Below are positions 39,267-50,668 of a stretch of 64,000 nucleotides of DNA, piece by piece. The notes below the pieces were generated by a model. It worked only from the letters and a program-made list of their open reading frames with translations. It did not search any database and was not told where the DNA came from. Both the position numbers and the translations under genes were made by a program. The number at the start of each line of letters is the position of its first letter. Position 1 is the stretch's first letter. Origin of the DNA: Malacoraja senta (taxonomy: Eukaryota); contig CM075995.1 of assembly GCA_038087875.1 (NCBI GenBank), positions 10,480,001 through 10,544,000 of the forward strand, read 5' to 3'.

Positions 39267-39441
39267 CTGTGGATCTGTCCAGGCGGTGCCCGGAACGATA
39301 TCTGACTACGTCTGCGACGGGTTGTCGGGCCGATATGTGAACATCATCATGCCGGGACACAGTAAAACCATCACCATATGCAAGACTGAAGTCTACGGCT
39401 GGAAGGTAGAAATGCGCAGAGAGAAGTTGCCCATACCCTGA
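39267..39441 (+). CDS. F-type lectin domain 7, exon B; probable terminal coding exon
   Basis: Acceptor ctctctttaAG. CGSVQAVPGTISDYVCDGLSGRYVNIIMPGHSKTITICKTEVYG..PIP then TGA. No phase-1 donor where the other B exons have one. Confidence 0.82.
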
Positions 39442-39588
39442 TGGCCCCACCACTCCCACTGTCAACAATCTGACACAGGCACCGTGGGGAAAGAATGTTT
39501 AGATCGCTTCATCTGTTAATCGTAGGATGCATCCGTGTGGACGTGGAATGGATGTAAACGCATGGATTGTATTGATTTGAATTGAAAT

Positions 39589-39594
39589 AATAAA
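39589..39594 (+). promoter_or_regulatory. Candidate polyadenylation signal AATAAA of the lectin gene
   Basis: AATAAA lies ~150 bp downstream of the stop codon. Confidence 0.5.
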
Positions 39595-39869
39595 TATCAG
39601 ATACACAAAAGAATGAGCCTTCGTGTGGTCTATAGACGCCGAAAGCATTACTGCCTGCTGTTAAAGCGAATATCGGAATCTACATGAGAATGGAATCTGC
39701 AAATACCACGGGCAATTCTCATAGAGAAACATAGAAAATAGGTGCAGGAGGAGGCCATTCGGCCCTTCGCGCGAGCACCGCCATATCTTGCATGTGCGTA
39801 TTTTGGAAGTGGACAAAAAGAACTTCAGTTGCCATTTTATCAAGACATACACAAAATGCGGGCATAACG

Positions 39870-40275
39870 AGGGAGCGAGAATGAAATGAGGAGGGAGAGT
39901 GTGTGGTGGAGACGGGGGAGCGGGAGCGGAAAAAAGGAGGGCGTGTGAGGGAAGAGGGAGGGAGAGAGCGAGCGAAAGAATGTGAGGGGAGGGCGAGAAA
40001 AGGATGGATTGGGGATGCGTGGTGGGAAATAGAGAGGAAGGAAGGGAATGAGGGAGGGGGGAATGTGAGGGAAGAGAGAGGGAATGGGGGAGGGGATAAA
40101 TGGGGAGATAAGGAGCCATGATGCAGGGGACATGGAGTGGCGAGAGAAGGGTGAGGGAGGGGTAAAGGATGTAAGGGAATGGGAGGAGGCAGGGGAAGGA
40201 CAAGGAAGGAGGGAGAGATTAGGAGGGAATCGGGGGAGTGGGTGAGCGGAAGGAATGAGGAAGTGGGGAGGGAAT
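39870..40275 (+). repeat. Purine-rich (GA) low-complexity tract
   Basis: About 400 bp consisting almost entirely of G and A. Confidence 0.8.
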
Positions 40276-40604
40276 GAGAACCTTATTACCTTATGCTGAG
40301 TTAGCAGGTCAGGCGGCATCCACGGAGAACATGCAGGCGACGTTTTGAAATCATGCCGAAGAAATGCTGCAATCTACATTTTCCCATTGTAGTAACCTCC
40401 ACACATGTCTAAACAATATCTCACTCATAACTATTTAAAAACGTATGGAGTTTAGATCTCTGTTCCCAGCCACCTGGATAAGGCTTCCAGTACAAAATTC
40501 AATATAGTCTCCCATCGAATTAATAGAAACATAGAAAATAGGTGCAAGGAGACCATTCGGCCCTTCGAGCCAACACCGCCATTCATTGTAATCATCATCC
40601 TTGT

Positions 40605-41110
40605 GATTGTGGCAGTGCAGCGTAGGTTCACGAGATTGATCTCTGGGATGGCGGGACTGTCATATGAGGAAAGATTGAAAAGACTAGACTTGTATTCACT
40701 TTAGTTTCTAAGGATGAGGGGGATTCTTATAGAAACATATACGATTATAAAAGGACTGGACAAGCTAGATGCAGGGCTTTTTTTGCCAATGTTGGGCGAG
40801 TCCAGAACCAGGGGCCACATTCTTAGAATAAAGGGGAGGCAATTTAAGACTGGGTGAGAAAAAAATCTTCTCACCCAGAGAGTTGTGAATTTGTGGAATT
40901 CCCTGCCACAGAGGGCAGTGGAGGCCAAATCGCTGGATGCATTTAAGAGAGAGTTAGTTAGAGCTTTAGGGGCTAGTGGAATCATGGATATGGGGAGAAG
41001 GCTGGCACGGGTAATTGATTGGGGGCGATCAGTCATGATCACATTGAATGGCGGTGCTGGCTCAAAGGGCCGAATGGCCACCTCCTGCACCTATTTTCTA
41101 TGTTTCTATG
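40605..41110 (+). mobile_element. CR1 LINE 3' fragment
   Basis: RT C-terminus plus tttctatgtttctatg tail. Confidence 0.85.
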
Positions 41111-41484
41111 TTTAATACGCTGTATTCATTCTTCACGACCTCACCCCTTTTCGTACTTACGTCCTTTGCGAGAATGTTCTGCAGTAACTCGGAGACACCC
41201 TGGACGTAGCCTGGACATCGCTGGATTCTCGCTTGCCCTTCCTGACCCCATATGTCAACCATCCACTCTTCCCTTTACTCAGCCTATGTCCCCTCTCCCC
41301 TCTCAGCCCTAATGCAGAGTTTCGAGCCAATGGATCGACCATTACTTCCAACATACCTCGCTCCCCACCCCCAACCCTTCCGTTACGGATACTAGGTTGG
41401 GAAACGGACACGACTGGCAGGCAGCTTCCGGTCGAGTCGTGGAGTTCATGCTCAAGAATCCAACGTTTATTGTTTATTTCCATG

Positions 41485-42890
41485 ACAATGTTCAGCTCCC
41501 AGCCTTGGTCACCCTGGAGCCATGTCTCCGTGATCCCAACTATATCATAATCATTAATAGCTATCTGCACATTCAACTCATCCACCTTATTACGAATGCT
41601 CCTTGCATTGAGACACTAAGCCTTCAGGCTTGTTTTTACAATGCTCTTACCCCTTATACAATTATGTTGAAAAGTGGCCCTTTTTGATTTTTGCCCTGGA
41701 TTTGTCTGCCTGCCACTTTTACTTTTCACCTTGCTGCCTATTGCTTCTACCCTCATTTTACACCCGTCTGTCTCTCTGCTCACACATTTAAGAAACCCAC
41801 CACCACCACCTATTCTCTGTTCATTTTTTTTTCTTCTTTCCCCCTACATGTTGGGTCTGAGTGCTTCCCTTCTCTGCCTCCTGCCTCACACACTGTCTAC
41901 TAGCTTTCTCTATTTGAGTACCTCCCCCCAACCGTTCTAGTTTAAAGTCTCCGCTATAGCCTTTGCAAATCTCCCCGCCAGGATATTGGTCCCCCTCGGG
42001 TTCAAGAGCAACCCGTCATTTTTGTACAAGTCACACCTTCCACAAAAGAGGTCCCAATGATCCAGAAACCTGAATCCCTGCCCTCTGCACCAGTCCTTCA
42101 ACCACACATTTATCCTCCACCTCGCTCCATTCCTACTCTCACTGTCGCGTGGCACAGGCAGTAATCCCGAGATTGTTACCTTTGCGGTCCTTCTCCTTAA
42201 CTCTCCTCCTAACTCCCTAAATTCTGCTTTCAGGACCTCGTCTCTTTTTCTACCTATGTCATTGGTACCTATATGCACCACGACCTCGGGCTCCTCTTCC
42301 TCCCGTTTCAGAATATCTTGGACACGTTCAGACACATCCCAGACCCTGACACCAGGGAGGAAAACTACCATCCGGGTTTACTGACTGCGTCCACAGAATC
42401 ACCTATCTGACCCCCTAACTTTAGAGTCCGCTATTACTACTGCCTTCCTCTTCTTTTCCTTACCCTTCTGAGCAACAGGGCCGGTCTCTGTACCGGAGGC
42501 CCGGCCGCTGTTGCTATCCCCAGGTTGGCTGTCCCCCCCCCCCCCCCCCCCCCGACAGTACTCAAACAGGGATACTTATTGTCAACGTGTACAGCCACCG
42601 GGATACTCTCTAGTCCCTGCCTGTGCCCCTTGCCCCTCCTAACCGTGACACACTTGCCTGCCTCCTGTGGTCTTGGAGTGACCACCTTTCTGTAACTCCT
42701 CTCTATGACTTCCTCGCTCTCCCTGACCAGACAGAGGTCATCGAGCTGCTGCTCCAGGTTCCAAATTCTGTCCCTTAGGAGCCTTATCTCAATGCACCTG
42801 GCAGAGATGAGGACGTCTGGAAGGCTATCAGACTCCTTGACCTCCCACATCTGACATCCAGAACAGTAAACTGCCCTGGCCCTCATACTC
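41485..42890 (-). mobile_element. CR1 LINE 5' part: ORF1 (Cys/leucine-zipper plus SGNH esterase) and start of APE
   Basis: CSGCQMW..IRLLRDRIWNLEQQL; VVVHIGTND..ISGLLP..DGL.LN..G esterase; YDIVGITETWL. Confidence 0.85.
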
Positions 42891-43149
42891 CCCCCCCCTT
42901 ACCCAGGATACAATACAAAGTACAATACAATACATGTACAATACAATACAATACATGTATCAATACATTGTACAATACAAACTGCTGGAAGAAATCAGCA
43001 GGGATCTGACTCCCAATCAGCTGCTCCCTCTTGTCCCCTTCCACCAATCAGCGGCTTCCTCAAGCCCACTTTATTTGAAATGCGAATGGGACGTTGGAAC
43101 GTTACAGATTTGGGCTCCTCCTCCAGCAACCGCTCCAACGGCTCCTGGG

Positions 43150-46100
43150 CCTCTGTTCACCAGACTGATTCCTGGGATGTCAGGAGCAGGTTCACCAGAC
43201 TGATTCCTCGGATGTCAGGACTTTCATATGAAGAAGGACTGGATAGACTCGGCTTGTACTCGCTAGAATTTAGAAGATTGAGGAGGGATCTTATAGAAAC
43301 TTACACATTTCTTAAGGGGTTGGACAGGCTAGATGCAGGAAGATTGTTCCCGATGCTTGGGAAGTCCAGGACAAGGGGTCACAGTTTAAGGATAAAGGGG
43401 AAATCTATTAGGACCAACATGAGAAAAACATGTTTTACACAGAGAGTGGTGAATCTCTGGAATTCTCTGCCACAGAAGGTAGTTGAGGCCAGTTCATTGG
43501 CTATATTTAAGAGGGAGTTAGATGTGGCCCTTGTGACTAAAGGGATCAGGGTGTATGGAGAGAAGGCAGGTACAGGATACCGAGTTGGATGATCAGCCAT
43601 GATCATATTGAATGGCGGTGCAGGCTCGAAGGGCCGAATGGCCTACTCCTGCACCTATTTTCTATGTTTCTATGTTTCTAAGTCAGCATGGATTTATGAA
43701 AGGAAAATCATGCTTGACTAATCTTCTGGAACTTTTTGAGAATGTGACAAGTAAAATGGATGAAGGGGAGCCAGTGGATGTAGTGTATCTGGACCTTCAG
43801 AAAGCCTTTGATGAGGTCCAGCACGGGAGACTGGTGACTAAAATTAGAGCACATGGTATTGGGTGTAGGGTGTTGACGTGGATAGAAAATTGGTTGGCAA
43901 ACAGGAAGCAAAGCGAAGGAGTGAATGGGTCCTTTTCAGAATGACAGGCGGTGGCGAGTGGAGTGCCGCAAGGCTTGATGTTGGGGCCGCAATGGATTAC
44001 CATATATATTAATGATTTGGAAGAGGGAATTAGGAGCAACACTAGCAAGTTTGCGGATGACACAAAGCTGGGTGGCAGGGTGAACTGTGAAGAGGATGTT
44101 AGGAGGTTGCAGGGTGATGTTGGGCGAGTCCAGAACCAGGGGCCACAGTATTAGAATAAAGGGGATGCCATTTAAGAGGTGAGAAAAAACAGTTTCACCC
44201 AGAGAGTTGTGAATTTGTGGAATTCCCTGCCACAGAGGGCAGTGGAGGCCAAATCACTGGATGGATTTAAGAGAGAGTTAGTTAGATCTCTAGGGGCTAG
44301 TGGAATCAAGGGATATGGTGAGAAGGCAGGCACAGGTTATTAATTGGGGACCATCAGCCATGATCGCAATGAAAGGCGGTGCTGGCTCGAAGGGCCGAAT
44401 GGCCTCCTCCTGCACCTATTATCTATGTTTCTATGGGCAAGAGACTCTATGCGGATTTATTCCTCTCATGATTTTATTTCACCCCTCATCCTTAAGCGCT
44501 AAAAGGAGTATATCCCTAGCTTGCTCAACCTCTCCCCATAGCAGAAGCCATCGATTTCTGCCAATATCATCGTAAATTTTCTCTGCACCCTTTCCAGCTT
44601 GAAAACAGCTTTCCTGTGACATGGTGCCGAAAACTGAACACCAAACTCTAAATGCAGCGTCACCAATGTCTCATACAACAGCAAATGACCTCCCAACTTC
44701 TATACTCAATACTCTGACTGATGAAGGCCAAAGAGCCAAAAGTCTTTTTGACCACCCTATTAACATGTGATGCCAATTTCAACGAACTGTGTACCTGTAC
44801 TCCTAGATCCATCTGTTCTACAACACTTCCCATCAATAGATTAAAAACTAATTGGTCCAGCGTCGACCACATAGTACACCTCTAGTCACCGACTTCAGAT
44901 CCGAAACACAAACCTCCATCACCACCTTCTGCTTCCTACACCTAACCAATCCTGTATCAGTTAGGATCTAACCTTCCAAAGCAGCCAGCCGGGTGGAACG
45001 TTAATAAACTCAATGTAGACTGCATCTATCACCCTGCTTCGTCCACCCTCTTGATTACTTCTGCAGAAATCTCCACCAAATTTGACAGACGTGATCTCCC
45101 GTGCACAAAGCCATGCTGACATAGAAACATAGAAAATAGGTGCAGGAGTAGGCCATTCGGCCCTTCGAGCCTGCACCGCCATTCAATATGATCATGACTG
45201 ATCATCCAACTCAGTATCCTGTACCTGCCTTCTCTCCATACCCCCTGATCCCTTTAGCCACAAGGGCCACATCTAACTCCCTCTTAAATATAGCCAATGA
45301 ACTAGCCTCAACTACCTTCTGTGGCAGAGAATTCCACAGATTCACCACTCTCTGTGTGAAAAATGATTTTCTCATCTTGATCCTAAAAGACTTCCCCCTT
45401 ATCCGTAAACTGTGACACCTTGTTCTGGACTTCCCCAACATCGGGAACAATCTTCCTGCATCTAGCTTGTCCAACCCCTTAAGAATCTTGTAAGTTTCTA
45501 TAAGATCCCCCCTCAATCTTCTAAATTCAAGCGAGTACAAGCCGAGTCTATACACTCTTTCTTCATATGAAAGTCCTGCCATCCCAGGAATCTGGTGAAC
45601 CTTCTCTGTACTCCCTCTATGGCAAGAATGTCTGTCCTCAGATTTGGTGACCAAAACTGTACGCAATACTCCAGGTGTGGCCTCACCAAGACCCTGTACA
45701 ACTGCAGTAGAACTTCCCTGGTCTTATACTCAAATCCTTTTGCTATGAATGATATCATACCATTCGCTTTCTTCACTGCCTGCTGCACCTGCATGCCTAC
45801 TTTCAATGACTGATGTACCATGACACCCAGATCTCGTTGCATCTCCCCTTTTCCTAATCGGCCACCATCTATCATCAACTGGTCTATGCAATTACATGTA
45901 CATTTTATCCTTCATATTTGCCTCCAGTATCTTAACTAAAGTATATTAACAAACATAGATGTCAGGCTTACTGGTCTATAGATCTTGGCCACCTTCCATT
46001 CTTCTGCAATCTCACCTGTAGCTAACAATGAAGACTTCATCTCAGCCAGGGCTCCCATTGTTGCTTCTCTTTTTCCCGCAGTGTTCTTGGATATACGTCA

Positions 46101-48290
46101 TCAGGTCCCAGATATTTATTTACCGTCATGCGTTTTAGGACGTCTGGCACCACCTGTGTTATAAACCGGACAATAACTATTGGATCGCATTACCTTTCCC
46201 GACCTTCCAAGTCTTTATGTAGAAACAAAGAACTGCAGATGCTAGTTTATAGTAAAGAAAGACACAAATTGCTGGCACACCTCAGCGGGTTAGGCAGCAT
46301 CTCTGAAATCTCTGGAGTCAAAGGAAGGGTCCCAACCTGAAATGCAGAGTTACTCCGGCCTTTATGTCAATCTATGGCATAACCCAGAAACTGCAGATCC
46401 AACTTATTTGATAGCACTCAAAAATCTCCGTCACTCTCCGAAACATCCTGCTCGCTTCTCATGGAATCCGAGAGTCGTAGAGAGGTACAGGCTGAAAACA
46501 GGCCCAAGGGCCCTCCTTTTCCATGCCGACCATGCCGATTTCATGGCTGTGATCAGAGGTGACATTACGGACGGTTTGTTTAGTGAGTTTAGGCTATATG
46601 GGTGGGGCTGGGGAACAAGAAAGGGATGATTACCTTGATCGGGGTATACTACAGACCCCCGAATAGTTAACGGGAATTAGAAGAACAAATGTGCCAGGTG
46701 AATGCAGCCATCTGCTGGTCAAATAAGGTTGTTGTCGCTGTAGTGGGGGATTATAACTTTCCCAATACAGACTGGAAAAATCATAGTGTGGTGGGTTTAA
46801 ATGGGGTGCAATTCCTCAAAAGTGTTCAAGAGAGTTTTCTTATGCAGTATGTAGAGGCCCCCACATGTGAGAGGGCAACGCTGGATCTAGTATTGGGGAA
46901 ATTGGGTAGGGCAAGTTAATGAAGTGTATGTGGAGGAGCTTTTCGGGATCAGTGATAACATTTCGATTAGGTTTAAGATGGTTACAGATTGGGACGGAGA
47001 GGGTCCACGTGTTAAAGCGCTCAACTGGGGTAACGCCAACTTTGAGGGTATGAAGTTATCGCTCAAGTTGACTGGAGCAGTTCATTTGAGGGTAAAAGAA
47101 CATCGGCCAAGTGGGATGTTTTTACAAGTGTGCTGAGGAAAGGTCAGGATATGTACGTCCCCGTTAGAGTGACGGGCAAAGCAGGCAACTGTAAGGAAGC
47201 TTGGCTGACGAGGGAAATTGAGGCTTTGGTCAAAATCAAGAAGGATGCATGGGACAGGTATAGGCAGCTGGGATCATTTGCATCCTTGGAGGAGCTTGGA
47301 GAACTAAGGAGTAAACTGAAAAAGGAGATAAGAAGGGCAAAAAGGGACCAGGAGATAGCTCTGGCGAGCAGATTTAAGGACAATCCCAAATTATTTTATA
47401 AATACTTATGAGGGGGAAAGGGTAACTAGAGATAGAGTGGGACCTCTCAGGAATCAAAGCCGTCACCTATGTGTGGACAGGTGTGTGGAGGAATTGTTGA
47501 TGGAATTTAATACAGAAAATTGCGAGGTGTTGCATTTTGGGATGTCGAATAAGGGCAGGACCAACAAAGTAAATGGCAGGCCTTTGAGTAGCATTGTAAA
47601 ACAGAAGGATCTAGGAGTACAGGTTCATGGTTCCTTGCAGGTCGAGTCGCAGGTAGATAAGGTGGTCAAAAAGGCTTTTGGCACTTCGGTCTTCATCAGT
47701 CAGTGGATGAGGGGAGATCTTATAAAGGTATACAAAATCATGAGAAGAACAGGTTGAGTAGATGCACAGAGTCTTTTGCTCAGAGTAGGGGAAACGAGGA
47801 CCAGAGGACATAGGTTCAAGGTGAAGGGGAAAAGATTTAATAGGAATCCGAAGGGTAACTTTTGCACACAAACTATGGTGGGTGTATGGAACAAGCTACC
47901 AGAAGAGGTAGTTGAGGCTAACTGTTTTTCCATTGTTTAAGAAACAGTTAGACAGGTGCATGGATAGTACTGGTTTGGAGGGATTTGGACCAAGCGCAGG
48001 CAAGTGGGAATAGGGTAGCTGGGACATTGTTGACCGGTGTGGGCAAGAGGGACTGAAGGACCTGTTTCCACACTGTATCACTTTATGATTCTATGACTCT
48101 ATTGAGTATTGAAGTTTGGAGGGCATGTTGCAGTTGTGTAAGACGTTGGTGAGACCGCAACTATAATATTTTGATCGGTTCTCAGAACCATGTTATAGGA
48201 GAGATATTGTCAAGCTTGAAAGGGTTCAGAAAAGAATTACGAGGATGTTGCCAGGCCTAGAGTGTGTGAGCTATAGGGAGAGGTTGAGTA
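43150..48290. mobile_element. Cluster of CR1 fragments in both orientations
   Basis: Multiple RT C-terminal ORFs and (CATAGAAA)n tails: 43150-44435 (+), 44440-46140 (-), 46530-48290 (+). Confidence 0.8.
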
Positions 48291-48927
48291 GGTAGACACC
48301 AAACTCTGGGGTAACAGGCAGCATCTTTGGAGAGTGACGTTTCCGATCTAGACCCTTCTTCAGACTGATGTCAGGGGACCGGCGGGACTGAGATAGAATG
48401 TAGTCGTGGACAGTAAGACTGGTGGGAGAACTGGGGGATGGGATGGAGAGAGACGGAATGCAAGGGCTGTTTGAAGCTGGAGGTCAATGTTCATATCACT
48501 GGAATGTAAACTGCCCAAGAGAAATATGAAGTGCTGTTCCTTGAATTTGCGCTGGGCCACAATCTGACAATGGAGGATGCCCAGAACAGAAAGATCAGAT
48601 TGGGAATGGGGGAATGGGAGGGGTAGTTAAACTGCTGAGCAACCGGGGGATCAGGTAGGTTAAGGCGGAGTGAGCGGAGGTGTTCGGCGAGCCAATCGAT
48701 GAGCCTGCACTTGGTTTCGTTGATGTACAGAAGTTGACACCTGGAAGAGCGGATACAGTTGATGTGGTTGCAGGAGGTGCAAGTGAACCTCTGGCTCACC
48801 TGAAAAGATTGTCGTGGTCCTTGGATGGAGTCGAGGGGGGAGGTAAAGGGACAGGTCTTGTTTCTCCTGCAGTTGCAGGGGGAAGAACCTGGGGAGGGCG
48901 TGGTTTGGGTGGGAAGGGACGAGTTGA
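48291..48927 (-). mobile_element. Penelope-like element 3' part: GIY-YIG plus pseudo-LTR (second copy)
   Basis: QRFTCTS..CIRSSRCQLLYINETKCRL..AEHLRS..RKFKEQHFIFLLGSL; hammerhead motif at 48336-48363. Confidence 0.85.
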
Positions 48928-49042
48928 CCTTCAGCTTTCTTCACTGCCTCCTGTACCCGCATGCCTACTTTCAGTGACTGATGTACAAGCACACCCAGTT
49001 CTCGTTGCACCTACCCTTTTCCTAATCTGACACCATTCAGAT

Positions 49043-49070
49043 CTGAAGAAGGGTCTTGACCCGAAACGTC
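49043..49070 (+). ncRNA. Minimal hammerhead ribozyme motif with intact core
   Basis: CTGAAGA-A-GGGT(CTTG)ACCC-GAAAC-GTC: complete catalytic core, perfect stem II, palindromic ACGT helix III and GUC cleavage triplet. Confidence 0.7.
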
Positions 49071-49655
49071 ACCCATTCCTTCCCTCCATAGATGCTACAT
49101 GTCCTGCTGAGTGGCTATTCAGATAATAATCTGCCTTCCTGTTGTTGCCACAAAAGAGGATAACCTCATATTTATTCACATTATACTGCAACTGCCATGC
49201 ACCTAACCTAACACATCCAAGACACCCTGCATCCTCACAGCATCTTCATCGCATCTCACACTGCCACCCAGCTTTGTATCATCCGCAAACTTGGAGATGT
49301 CACATGATATAAATTTGTTAATATATATTGTCAATAACTGAGGTGCCAGCACCGAGCCTTGCGGCACCTCCCTAGTCACTGCTTGTCATTCTGCCAACCA
49401 GCTCTCTATCCCTGTCAAAACCCTACCCCCTATATCATGTGCTCCAATTTTACACAATAATCTCTTGAGTGTGAGCTTGTCAAAGGCTTTTTGAAAGTCC
49501 AGAAACACCACATCCACTGGCTCTCCCTTATCCATTCTGATTGTTACATCCTCAAAAGAATCCAGAAGATTAATCAAGCATGATTTCCTTTTCATAAATC
49601 CATGCTGACTTTGGCCGATCCAGTCACTGCTTTCCAAATGCACTGCCATAACATC

Positions 49656-50668
49656 GGATTTGAATTTTAACAGCCATATAAAGACCATTACCAGATCTGC
49701 CTATTACCATCTAAAAAATATTGCAGGAATCAAGGGATTTCTGTCCAAAGAAGACACTGAAAAACTTGTTCATGCATATATTTTTAGTAGGTTAGATTAT
49801 TGTAATGGCATCTTTACAGGTCTCAATAAAAAATCAATTAAACATCTGCAGCTTATCCAAAATGTCGCTGCCAGAGTCTTGACCAACACCAAGAAAATGG
49901 ACCACATTACACCTGTCCTTAAATCTTTGCACTGGCTCCCTGTGTGTAAGAGGATAGATTTTAAAATTCTGTTACTGACCTACAAGGCACTGAATGGTCT
50001 AGGTCCAAAATACATATCTGACCTACTTGTTGTATATGAGGCGCCTAGACTCCTCAGGTCTTCAGGGACAGGTTTACTCTGTGTTCCTAGGGTCAGAACT
50101 AAAAAGGCTGAAGCAGCATTGGGTTTTTATGCTCCACACCTGTGGAACAAGCTCCCTGAACACCTGAGGTGTACACAGACTGTAAGCGCATTTAAATCAG
50201 GCCTTAAAACACTGTTGTGTTAAAGAAGGAACTGCAGATGCTGGAAAATCGAAGGTACACAAAAATGCTGGAGAAACTCAGCGGGTGCAGCAGCATCTAT
50301 GGAGCGAAGGAAATAGGTAACGTTTCGGGCCGAAACATTACCTATTTCCTTCGCTCCATAGATGCTGCTGCACCTGCTGAGTTTCTCCAGCATTTTTGTG
50401 TACCTTAAAACACTGTTGTTTACTATAGCTTTTCCATAACCTGACATGCAGGTAACCTTAACTGTCTCATTTAACCCTTTTATGTGCTTTTTAAAATTGT
50501 TTTATTGCTTCATTGACGTTGTTTTATTATTCATACATTTGTCGTATTGCTTATTTTGCAATTTTTAATTATTGACTATTTTATTTTTTCTTTCCTGTAA
50601 AGCACCTTGAATTGCTGTTTGCACGAATGGTGCTATACAAATAAATTTGCCTTGCCTTGCCTTGCCTT
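49656..50668 (+). mobile_element. L2-clade LINE 3' end
   Basis: Intact 187-aa ORF (AYYHLKNI..LVHAYIFSRLDYCN..LQLIQNVAAR..HITPVLKSLHWLPV..LWNKLP); 3' AATAAA plus (TTGCC)n tail. Confidence 0.88.
50219..50402. mobile_element. Hairpin-shaped Penelope-pLTR insertion in the L2
   Basis: Near-perfect inverted arms of ~75 bp; ccttaaaacactgttgt duplicated at 50202-50218 and 50403-50419. Confidence 0.8.

Noticed and set aside
39400..39412. Possible donor AAG|GTAGAA in exon 7B leading to a further (for example pentraxin) exon
   Set aside because: Phase 0, unlike the other B exons, and a weak consensus. No downstream host exon was recognised in 39.6-64 kb, and a stop plus AATAAA follow. Not fully excluded.
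39661..40319. Long Pro/Ser/Leu-rich minus-strand ORFs
   Set aside because: Artefact of the GA-rich low-complexity tract.
41115..41485. Unassigned segment ending ..tttattgtttatttccatgaca, a possible LTR remnant
   Set aside because: No second LTR, PBS/PPT or TSD was recognised.
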